Assembly (NCBI GenBank): GCA_016180965.1
Contig: JACPAF010000001.1
Location: forward strand, 10,111-74,110
Reading direction: 5' to 3'
Length of the DNA stretch: 64,000 nt
Source of the DNA: Candidatus Aenigmatarchaeota archaeon
GTDB lineage: Archaea > Aenigmatarchaeota > Aenigmatarchaeia > JACPZZ01
Below the pieces are notes generated by a model. It was not told the DNA's origin. It worked only from the letters and a program-made list of their open reading frames with translations, and did not search any database. The translations under genes were made by a program, and so were the position numbers. Of this stretch, positions 46,691 to 54,602 are shown in pieces. The stretch's first letter is position 1; the number at the start of each line of letters is the position of its first letter.

Positions 46691-47557
46691 ATGAAATTTT
46701 ATTCGGTGACCGCGATTTTGCTGGTTATTTCCACTATCATGGTTTCCGGCTGCACGGACACAAACGATGGAACTCCAGCGGTAAAAAACAATGAAATTGT
46801 AATACTGGAAAATGTCGAGGCTGTGCCCAACGAAATAAAACCGGATAGGAACTTCGCGGTCAGCGGGTTTGTTACCAACAAAGCCGCGGCAAAAACCAGC
46901 AACGTGCAAATTTCGCTTGCGGATTATTGTTCTTCGGTTTTTGACGTCAGCAAGACGTCGTGTGCGTTGACGCAGTCAAACGGATATTCTGCGTGTTTTT
47001 TTGACCTCAACCTGGACGCGAGTAAAAAATTCCAGTGGGATTTCAAGGCGCCTCCGGCAAGCCGCACAGCCGGCCAGGATTTCGATTGCAACATAATTGT
47101 TAAAACAAATTACTCCTATACAAGCCACGGTTCTGTTGGAGTCGTTCTAGCCAACGACGCGGAGATAGCTGCGCGCGAAAACGGGCCCGCGCCTGTAACG
47201 GGCGACGGGCCGGTTAAAATTCATATCACGGTGGATTCGGCGCAACCGATCGGGAAGGATGAAACGTTCGACGTCAAAATAATACTCAAAAACGAAGGCG
47301 AAGGCGAACTTGAAGGCTCGATATCAGAAGGAAATTTCAAGTACACGGCGCCGCCGGACTTTACCGGAAGCTGCGACACACCAGCGGAAATAATCATATC
47401 GGACGCTTCCAAAGAGTCCGATCCTTTCTATTGCACTTTCACGACGCCGAACTTGCTCCCTCCGCGGGTTACGAAATTTATAACGGCCGATGTAGTATAT
47501 TCGTACAAATTCACAACCATGCTGCCTGTGAAGCTGAAGGTAACTAAGCAATCTTAA
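46691..47557 (+). CDS. Putative lipoprotein, CARDB-like
   Basis: Start at the ATG at 46691. MKFYSVTAILLVISTIMVSGC lipobox-like signal. KIILKNEGEGELEG CARDB-like strand pattern. Confidence 0.6.
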   Translation: MKFYSVTAILLVISTIMVSGCTDTNDGTPAVKNNEIVILENVEAVPNEIKPDRNFAVSGFVTNKAAAKTSNVQISLADYCSSVFDVSKTSCALTQSNGYSACFFDLNLDASKKFQWDFKAPPASRTAGQDFDCNIIVKTNYSYTSHGSVGVVLANDAEIAARENGPAPVTGDGPVKIHITVDSAQPIGKDETFDVKIILKNEGEGELEGSISEGNFKYTAPPDFTGSCDTPAEIIISDASKESDPFYCTFTTPNLLPPRVTKFITADVVYSYKFTTMLPVKLKVTKQS

Positions 47558-47611
47558 GGTTTAAATAAGTGTGAATTAAATCATTATAATACGGATTATT
47601 TGGTGCGATAA

Positions 47612-49063
47612 ATGAAATTGGCTCTATTTGGTATCATTTTGGCTGTGATAGTTTCTGGTTGTACGGGTACAGGTGATTCAGGCAACACAGGAACAGGCGG
47701 ATCGGTTATCATAAAATCATTTTCTGCCGACGAAACAAATTTACAAGGCAACGACAGGACAACGCTTTCAACTGAAATTATCAACACAGGAGACTCAAAA
47801 GCCACCGCTGTTAAAATACAATTATTAGATTTGGATACGGCTTGCGCGCAACCTTCATGCGATTCGACGGAAACACAGTGGGGGTTGTCCAGCGGAAAGA
47901 CGAGCGATGTACTCACCGATTTGAGGATAAACACGCCGGGTGAAGAGGCCATAGCAAAACAATACAACTGGCGCGTGCAATCGCCAAAATTGCCGGCTAA
48001 TTTGCCACAGACCTACGATGCCAAAGCGAGAGTTTCATTCGGATATTCGACCACAGCTATCAAACAAATAAAAATTGTCACCCTATCTGAATACCAGAGG
48101 TTAAAAACGAACGGACAGACGTTGCCTGTTACTACAGCACAGCCGTCTAACGGGCCTTTAAAGATCGACGTAAGAGTGGCAGAGCCCGTCAGGATTGAAG
48201 AGGGTTCCACTACGTTCTTGCTTGTCATTGAAGTTACTAACCTGATTGGCGGAACCACGTTCCTGGCCGATAACCCGAACGACGTGTCAAAATGGAACCT
48301 GGCCAATTTGAAATTAACGCTTCCTTCAGGGCTTGCGATGGCAGAAACGAGCGGGGATTGCGCAGCCATCACAAGCAGCGTCACCATCGAGCTTTCAAAG
48401 GGCAAAAGTTACAAAACGCAATGCGAAGTCAAGACCACAACAAACATCCCGGTTTCGGTGGACAAGACCGTCAACGTTAAAGCTGATTACGGGTACTTTG
48501 TCGAATCCAAACTGTCCGTGCCTATATCGGTTATAGGAAAATCCAATTATGTCCCGCCTTCGGGCGGCGGTGCACCAGGACAGGCCGGAACAGGCACAGT
48601 AACACCTCCCGCGTCCGGCGGCTCAACTGCACCGGATACCGAACCGCCTAACACGGTTAGAAATATACAAGTCCAAAAATTCGCAGGACAACCCGGAACA
48701 GCGAGCGCGGGCAAGTGGCAATACACAATAAGTTTCCTCGAGCCATCCGACAATGTGGGCGTTGCGGGTTTTGAAATATATGTAGGCACAATCCAGCCAG
48801 CCACAGGAACTTGGAATACTGCTACTCTGGATGCCAGCAATGAAGTTAAGAAACAAGGCCTTGCATCCAATATACCGCTCGGTTCGAGAACACCTCAAGG
48901 AGGAACTGTGGAATCATTCCCACCCAACGGCGTGGCTAGATTGCTTTTAGATCCGAATACATCATATTGGATAGGCATTCTTGCTGTGGATGCCAGTGGA
49001 AACAGGGGAGACTTGTCAACATCCGCGGGTTCTGTAATCCAAATACAAACAGGTTCTTTCTAG
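47612..49063 (+). CDS. Putative lipoprotein with CARDB-like domains, Pro/Gly linker and FN3-like C-terminal domain
   Basis: 483 aa. MKLALFGIILAVIVSGC signal. STEIINTGDSKATAVKIQLLD. Linker PPSGGGAPGQAGTGTVTPPASGG. C-terminal VRNIQVQ...FEIYVG...YWIGILAVDASGNRG. Confidence 0.6.
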   Translation: MKLALFGIILAVIVSGCTGTGDSGNTGTGGSVIIKSFSADETNLQGNDRTTLSTEIINTGDSKATAVKIQLLDLDTACAQPSCDSTETQWGLSSGKTSDVLTDLRINTPGEEAIAKQYNWRVQSPKLPANLPQTYDAKARVSFGYSTTAIKQIKIVTLSEYQRLKTNGQTLPVTTAQPSNGPLKIDVRVAEPVRIEEGSTTFLLVIEVTNLIGGTTFLADNPNDVSKWNLANLKLTLPSGLAMAETSGDCAAITSSVTIELSKGKSYKTQCEVKTTTNIPVSVDKTVNVKADYGYFVESKLSVPISVIGKSNYVPPSGGGAPGQAGTGTVTPPASGGSTAPDTEPPNTVRNIQVQKFAGQPGTASAGKWQYTISFLEPSDNVGVAGFEIYVGTIQPATGTWNTATLDASNEVKKQGLASNIPLGSRTPQGGTVESFPPNGVARLLLDPNTSYWIGILAVDASGNRGDLSTSAGSVIQIQTGSF

Positions 49064-50337
49064 AATTTTTGTTTTGCGAATTCGCCCAGGCCTTTCTGCC
49101 CTGATTTTTGCATCTCAAACGAGCCTTCGAACAACGGAACTCCGTAGACGCCGTCGTAGCCCGGCTTAAATTTTAGCTCCCCATTACGCGATTTTATTAT
49201 TGCGTTTGCGATTTTTTCGTGCGTGATCTTTTTTAACTCGTTTTCAGGGACGTTCATCAACACGTTTAACTCTGTGCCAAATTGCGAGATTATTTTATCG
49301 TGTTCTTCGGTGACTTTTTTAGAGTATAATGCGTTGACACCGGTGACGTGCGATATTATCTCATACAACGGCAATAATGTTTTGAATGGTATCGCGTTTT
49401 TAGGAACAAAACCAACAGGACGGTCGGCTAATTGTTCAACACGACTGAGAACGCCTATTGTTAATCCCCGTTTGCAGCGCGGGCAAATACCATTTAATTT
49501 TTTTGTTTCAGACGGCTCTAAAGAAACGTTACAGTCTTTGTGGCCATCTAAATGGTATTTTCCATAATTCGGGTCGCACTCAATTGTATATAAAAACTTT
49601 TCCTTGTCCTTGTTTTTTATTGCATCGAAGATTTTGTTGTATGTGGGGTTTTCAATATCAAATACGTTCGCCTCTCTTCCTAACCTCCAAGGCCATGGTG
49701 AATGTGCGTCGGAATTTGAGATTAATGCAAACTTGTCCAAACTTGAAATGTTCCAGCACATCGCGGGATCCGCTGATAGGCCTGTTTCGATCGCGAAAAT
49801 GTTTTTTGTCTGATCCTGAAAACATTCTTCCACTGAGTTAAAACCGGATTTCGAACCGAAAATTGAAAACCATGGCGTAAACGAATGGGCTGGTATGATA
49901 AATGCATCTTTAGATATTGACACCACCAGTTCTGTAAATTCCGGACAGGTTATGTTTGTTAATATCGGACGTCCGTCTGCGGAAAGGTTTCCGTATCTGC
50001 TTAATTTTTCATTAATTTGGTCTACGATTTCGAAACTTGGAGCGAAAATCATGTTGTGGACTTTTTTGCTCACGCCGTTGACATAGTAAATCAGCGAAAC
50101 TTCCGATGTCAGCATAAAAGCTGTTTTCGTTTTGTTGTCCGTGAACAATCCCGTGCCATTAATTTCCTTCAATGAAGATTTCAAATCTTCCAAATGTTTC
50201 GGGTGTGTGAAATCGCCTGTTCCGAGAATGTCCAAGCCTTTCGTTTCTGCGAATTTTCCAAGCGTGTGTATGTTCATCTGGGGTGATGTGGCGCGGCTGT
50301 ATTTCGAATGTATCTGGAGGTCTGCGATAATTTTCAT
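49060..50337 (-). CDS. endoQ: Endonuclease Q-like PHP-domain nuclease with zinc ribbon
   Basis: Start moved to the ATG at 50337 (MKIIADLQIHSKYSRATSPQM...GTGDFTHP). CPRCKRGLTIGVLSRVEQL zinc ribbon. The 37 extra N-terminal codons in the track ORF overlap tRNA-Ile. Confidence 0.7.
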   Translation of the reverse strand: MKIIADLQIHSKYSRATSPQMNIHTLGKFAETKGLDILGTGDFTHPKHLEDLKSSLKEINGTGLFTDNKTKTAFMLTSEVSLIYYVNGVSKKVHNMIFAPSFEIVDQINEKLSRYGNLSADGRPILTNITCPEFTELVVSISKDAFIIPAHSFTPWFSIFGSKSGFNSVEECFQDQTKNIFAIETGLSADPAMCWNISSLDKFALISNSDAHSPWPWRLGREANVFDIENPTYNKIFDAIKNKDKEKFLYTIECDPNYGKYHLDGHKDCNVSLEPSETKKLNGICPRCKRGLTIGVLSRVEQLADRPVGFVPKNAIPFKTLLPLYEIISHVTGVNALYSKKVTEEHDKIISQFGTELNVLMNVPENELKKITHEKIANAIIKSRNGELKFKPGYDGVYGVPLFEGSFEMQKSGQKGLGEFAKQKF

Positions 50338-50372
50338 AGAGAATATTCCTTTGCCAGATGTAAAAATAGAAG

Positions 50373-50574
50373 TGGGCCCGACCGGATGATCGGCTGACAC
50401 ATCGCAGCTAGGCACACACAAGATGTGTGCCGATTTGCCGTGTGTCAAGCTTTCGAACCGGCGACCATGCCGTTGCTATCCATTGCAATTACGGCGTCTA
50501 CGCAGCTTAGTTTCGCAAGCAAATGCTTGCGGGCCTTATAAGACCGTCGCTCTACCAAGCTGAGCTACAGGCCC
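50373..50574 (-). tRNA. tRNA-Ile-TAT: tRNA-Ile(TAT) with three predicted introns (38/39: 50496-50535; variable loop: 50467-50489; T-loop 59/60: 50387-50451)
   Basis: Reverse complement gives GGGCCTG-TA-GCTC-AGCTTGGTA-GAGC-G-ACGGT-CTTATAA|40 nt|GCCGT-A|23 nt|GGTC-GCCGG-TTCGAA|65 nt|T-CCGGT-CGGGCCC-A. BHB cores: TTAT/GTAG (two G.U), GCCG/CGGC (perfect), TTCG/CGAT (3 of 4). Confidence 0.7.
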
Positions 50575-50586
50575 ACTTTGTCGACC

Positions 50587-50622
50587 GAAGCATACCGATA
50601 CAGTATACGGTATGCTTCTAGT
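50587..50622. repeat. Family hairpin just 5' of tRNA-Ile (minus-strand sense)
   Basis: GAAGCATACCGATACAGTATACGGTATGCTTCTAGTT. The reverse complement of 50588-50622 is identical over 35 nt to 18431-18465. An additional ACTGGCG..CGCCAGT hairpin lies at 50633-50657. Confidence 0.85.
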
Positions 50623-50731
50623 TGTAACTAAAACTGGCGATTTTTGAATGCGCCAGTTTCTATTTACCACGCTTTAATCATTTTTTACGCAAGCTTAAAA
50701 AGATAAAAGCACGCCGTCTCATTGTAAATGT

Positions 50732-51622
50732 ATGAAACAGGACGTTTTGGATTCGGTTGAAGCTGAATTTGAAAATGCTGATTACAGAATCGCGGAAACA
50801 AAGGGGCTTTTCGACATGGTTGCCGCGGGCGAAAATTCTATTGTTGTTAAAATATTGAACAACATAGATTCTGCAACAAAAAGCGAAGCACTTCGATTGT
50901 CTGCGGCCGCCTCATCGTTAGATGCGATGCCGGTTTTTGTAGGCGCGAAAACAAGGAAAGGCCCAATAGAAAACCGCGTTTACCGCAGGTTTGGAGTTCC
51001 TTCTGTTTCATTGCAAGGTTTGGGCGGAATCATACACGATAAGATGTTAAATTATGTTTCGAAAGGCGGCTCGGTTGTTTACGTCGACGGCGAGAAAATG
51101 AGGCAGCGAAGAGAACGTTTAGGTTTATCATTGGGCGCAATTTCACGCAGCGTGGGGGTTTCGCGCAAATCCATAGCAGAATACGAGAACGGCGGGCGGG
51201 CAAGGCCGGAGATTGCAGAAAAAATGGAAAACGTTTTGGGCACCAAGATAACTAAAAATGATTTGCGCGCCATGACAATAGAAAATGACAAATTCAGGGC
51301 GCGCGGACTTGAGGCATTCGTAAATAAAAAATTAAAAACCTTCGGGTTCGATACAACAATAATCTCAAAATCCATTTTTAACCTGGCAGCGAGGCACGGC
51401 GAAGTTATTATTGCGAACGTTTCCGAGAATACCAGGAATTTGCATAAAAAGGCTGCGATGCTCCATGATATTTCCGAGGTTACCAACAAGCGGGCAGTTT
51501 TGGTTTACAAAAGGTTCCGCAAGAATAACGTCGAAGGCGTGCCGGTGATAACCAAAGACGATTTAAACTGTATGGGCGGGCTGGAAGACTTTGAGCAAAT
51601 GGTCGGGAAAAAGGGCCGATGA
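50732..51622 (+). CDS. HTH (XRE/Cro-C1-type) transcriptional regulator, archaeal two-domain type
   Basis: 296 aa. Central LRQRRERLGLSLGAISRSVGVSRKSIAEYENG helix-turn-helix. Confidence 0.7.
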   Translation: MKQDVLDSVEAEFENADYRIAETKGLFDMVAAGENSIVVKILNNIDSATKSEALRLSAAASSLDAMPVFVGAKTRKGPIENRVYRRFGVPSVSLQGLGGIIHDKMLNYVSKGGSVVYVDGEKMRQRRERLGLSLGAISRSVGVSRKSIAEYENGGRARPEIAEKMENVLGTKITKNDLRAMTIENDKFRARGLEAFVNKKLKTFGFDTTIISKSIFNLAARHGEVIIANVSENTRNLHKKAAMLHDISEVTNKRAVLVYKRFRKNNVEGVPVITKDDLNCMGGLEDFEQMVGKKGR

Positions 51623-51637
51623 TAGATGCGCGCTTTT

Positions 51638-51790
51638 ATGAAAGGTCAAATGGAATCAGCACTCCTTGTTGCGATAGCGCTTTGTTTGATACTATTCGCT
51701 TACGGGGTTTTCACAAACACACCGTCTTTCAAAATACTCGGCGCAGTTCTTGCGGGCATTCTTGCAATCGCTTTTGCCACAGGCAAATAG
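51638..51790 (+). CDS. Small two-TM membrane peptide (50 aa)
   Basis: MKGQMESALLVAIALCLILFAYGVFTNTPSFKILGAVLAGILAIAFATGK. More plausible than the overlapping 82-aa track ORF, which is in another frame. Below the track length cutoff. Confidence 0.4.
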   Translation: MKGQMESALLVAIALCLILFAYGVFTNTPSFKILGAVLAGILAIAFATGK

Positions 51791-51863
51791 GTCGAAAAAC
51801 GGGTTCTGTCTTAAATACGGTTGTTTTGGCTAAAACTGCGGTTATGTCAGGAACGGTTGCTAA

Positions 51864-52166
51864 TTAAATGACGCCGTTCAATTTAAGGAAAAACACTACG
51901 TTGACTATTGACAACACACCGTTAAACACGGCGAACCCCATCATTGTCGAGTTATAGGTTTTCACTGTTTTTTGAAACTCTTTGTCCATTTCCAAACGCT
52001 CTATGCTTGTAGCCGCTTGCACGTCTTTCGTCATAGTTCCTCTAATTTCGGCATCCATTATGGGTACAGTGTTGTGTATATGGATAAGTTTCTTTTTCCA
52101 GTGTTCTTTCTCTTCCTTCCACTCCGCAGCTTCTTCGGGTGTGGGATTCGGATATTCGTCTACCAT
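51864..52166 (-). CDS. Tail-anchored hypothetical protein
   Basis: 100 aa. Acidic N-terminus, single C-terminal TM. Confidence 0.45.
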   Translation of the reverse strand: MVDEYPNPTPEEAAEWKEEKEHWKKKLIHIHNTVPIMDAEIRGTMTKDVQAATSIERLEMDKEFQKTVKTYNSTMMGFAVFNGVLSIVNVVFFLKLNGVI

Positions 52167-52667
52167 AATTCATTAATTATGCTGCCGACGATAAAAATAC
52201 TTGCTACATGGTTATGGTAAAACTTTATTAGCGTATGGGATAAATTAATCTTGAATCAGCTTGGAGAGTTTTTCTGATTTCACGATCGAAATACCTCTCC
52301 AAGCTGGCTATTTTTCGCAGGCATAAATTTAAAAGCAAAGAATTGCATAGATTATAAGTTCGGTCGTGAAAGTTGGTGCGTATACACCAGCTAAGGATTG
52401 TCAGAAACAAGCGTGACAAGAGCCATAAAAGGTAGTCGTCATGTTCATTGGTTTCCCAGATCTTGAATATTCGTAAAACTGATCAGTTCTGGTTAACTCC
52501 GATGAAAAAATAGGTTTCCTCCCGGACTCCTATGCAGGATGGCTACCTGTGGCCACTCAAACCCGATTGGATTAAAGTGGGTTTAATCTGATAATACTAA
52601 GTATTAATTGAAATTCTATTTAAAGTTTTAGTTAAAGTTAAACTTTAATTCTTAGTTTAAATTCAAT
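52167..52667. other. About 500 nt non-coding, hairpin-rich gap (candidate structured ncRNA or degraded mobile DNA)
   Basis: No credible ORF in six frames. 12-bp stem CAGCTTGGAGAG...CTCTCCAAGCTG (about 52258-52306). TTGGTG-CGTATA-CACCAG, TCCT-ATGC-AGGA and AAACCC...GGGTTT hairpins. Confidence 0.35.
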
Positions 52668-53860
52668 TTAAATTCGTTTTTGCTTCAACAACCCCATCCA
52701 TCGATTCGTACCGAGTCTTAGATCTATACCCGACGCCGCCGCCGGTGTCATCCCTAACGCCATGTGCGGACGGATGAAGTTGTAGTAGTTGCGGAAACCA
52801 ACCGAGAAGACCGCCTCACCGCCCTTGAACCCACGCATAACCTTATCTCGCTCTCGGAACGTGCCGTGAAACCGCTCTACGAGGTTGTTGTCAGGCTTCT
52901 TGCGGATGCTCTCCAGCCTGATATGCTGAACCCTATCGGGGTGTCGTCCGTGAGCATGATATTCGTCCTTTAGGGCTTGGTAGTAGCTTTGCAGACCATC
53001 CGTAACTACGAACTTTGGTAGTGTGCCAGCCGTCTCTTTGGCTAGCCTTAAAATCTGGCTCGCCTCACCTATTGTCCGTCCGTTGGTTACGTTGTTGGCT
53101 ATCAAAAATCGTGTCTTCTCGTCAACCATGTTCCAGACCCATCTCTCCCTGCCTTCGGACTTGATAGCCTGCTCATCCAGATGCCATGCTTCGCTTAATC
53201 TCGGTTTTAGGTCTTTGGTGTAGTCGTTGATCTTCTCTGTGAACTTGGTTATCCATTGCCTTACGGTTTCGTGGCTGACGACCACACCGTAGAACTGCTT
53301 TAGCGTGTCCGAGATCTCACGCAATGACAAACCCTTGTAATACAAATCCATAGCCAGCATTGCTATTTTGCTGTCAACGCTAAGGCGAGCGAAAACGCTG
53401 TCTTTGATAAACGTCTTTTTGCAGTCGAGGCATTGAAACCTCTGCTTAACACCATTGGTTGTTTTCCTGTTTCCGTTTTTCTTAATGTTGGTTGATTTGC
53501 AGTATTCGCATTTCGTTTTATCCTCGTCCGCAAACGGTATTGTGCTGTCGTCAACTTTCGCCCTCATTTTCAATAAAAACTCAACAGCATGGATGTGTTT
53601 GCATTTTTCTTTCCTATGAATAAAGTCGGGACATTCACACAGCCAACGCTTCTTTAGGACTACTTTATATTTCCTGTCCGAGTTCTGCGAAGGGACTAAA
53701 AACGTCTCCTTGTCAATAATCCTTGGCGTGTCGCCTTTGGCTATAATAGCGTAGCCCCTGATCTTTCTTGGGTCATCTTTAGGTTGTCTATTTGTTAACA
53801 TCATGTTAACTATTATGTAGGCTTAACTATTTAAACCTATGTTAACAAGACTTTAACATG
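52580..53860 (-). mobile_element. Insertion sequence (boundaries approximate)
   Basis: Single transposase gene. Weak candidate terminal repeats GGTTTAAT.. (52580) versus the reverse complement of ..ATTTAAACC (53838). 9-nt direct repeat CTATTTAAA at 52616 and 53827. Ends not resolved. Confidence 0.45.
52668..53804 (-). CDS. IS6-family-like DDE transposase with N-terminal SWIM and zinc-ribbon fingers
   Basis: 378 aa. CECPDF..CKHIH (SWIM-like), CEYC..CLDC ribbon. DDE core WHLDEQ..., FVVTDGLQSY, NNLVERFHGTFRERDKVMRGFK. Confidence 0.8.
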   Translation of the reverse strand: MMLTNRQPKDDPRKIRGYAIIAKGDTPRIIDKETFLVPSQNSDRKYKVVLKKRWLCECPDFIHRKEKCKHIHAVEFLLKMRAKVDDSTIPFADEDKTKCEYCKSTNIKKNGNRKTTNGVKQRFQCLDCKKTFIKDSVFARLSVDSKIAMLAMDLYYKGLSLREISDTLKQFYGVVVSHETVRQWITKFTEKINDYTKDLKPRLSEAWHLDEQAIKSEGRERWVWNMVDEKTRFLIANNVTNGRTIGEASQILRLAKETAGTLPKFVVTDGLQSYYQALKDEYHAHGRHPDRVQHIRLESIRKKPDNNLVERFHGTFRERDKVMRGFKGGEAVFSVGFRNYYNFIRPHMALGMTPAAASGIDLRLGTNRWMGLLKQKRI

Positions 53861-54110
53861 GAAACGAGCGACACGATTGAGAAAGGGATAACGGTAACAA
53901 TAAGAGACAGAGTTAAGAACAGATCAAAGTCGTTTACGGTTTATTCGGACGATCTGAACAAGGTATATAAGATTTTGAAGGATGCCGCGGAGAAGGCGGA
54001 ATAATCTTATTTTTCCAGGAAAAATTTAGCGAACAATACTATCAACACACCTATGATTATCATTACAAAATATGGATCCCTGAATAACAACATTACTAAA
54101 TCAACAATGG

Positions 54111-54602
54111 TCATTTTTTACTTCTCCTAAGAGCTTGTATAATTCTGATATCCGTTCTGATTTTATTCAATGCTTCATTATAAGTTGACAATATCATCAA
54201 TAAAGTTGTTATGAAAATGAAAAACAAAAAAGGCAAGCCAAATCCTGTGTTGCTTATTGATTGATTGTTTCCTAAAAAAATTGTCATACCAGCAAACGCG
54301 GAAAAACTGCCTGCTAGTAATACCCTAAATATTTCGATGGTTTCCTTGTGCTTCATTTCTCGTTCTTTTTCCGAAAAAAATAATCGCCTATTACAGTTCT
54401 CACATTTAAGATCTGTAAATCCGATGATTTCTCCATATAATTTTTTGGACAACCATGGAAACTTTTTTATGGTGATTATCATGGGTTCACCACCGCAGAA
54501 AGGACATTTATAAGAAATATTTGTTTTTTGCCTATACTCTTCAGAGAAGAAACATTTAATGTTGTCCCATGCAGGCAATTTAAAACAACCTTTGAAAACC
54601 AT
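54111..54602 (-). CDS. Zinc-ribbon membrane protein, hypothetical
   Basis: 163 aa. CPFCGG...CENCNRRL, then two TM helices. A 35-aa hydrophobic ORF (54007-54114, minus strand) follows with an ATGA overlap. Confidence 0.5.
   Translation of the reverse strand: MVFKGCFKLPAWDNIKCFFSEEYRQKTNISYKCPFCGGEPMIITIKKFPWLSKKLYGEIIGFTDLKCENCNRRLFFSEKEREMKHKETIEIFRVLLAGSFSAFAGMTIFLGNNQSISNTGFGLPFLFFIFITTLLMILSTYNEALNKIRTDIRIIQALRRSKK

Noticed and set aside
50338-50448. N-terminal 37 codons of the 462-aa track ORF (MTHGKSAHILCVPS...).
   Set aside because: This stretch overlaps the 3' exon and T-loop intron of tRNA-Ile. The conserved EndoQ-type N-terminus MKIIADLQIHSKYS starts at the internal ATG at 50337.
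52440-52560. Possible 5S rRNA on the minus strand (GGAGTTAACC resembles the GGAAGTTAAGC loop region).
   Set aside because: The flanking sequence does not give the 5S helix I/II/V pairings, and the conserved CCGAAC-type loop C context is missing. This is only a short chance match.
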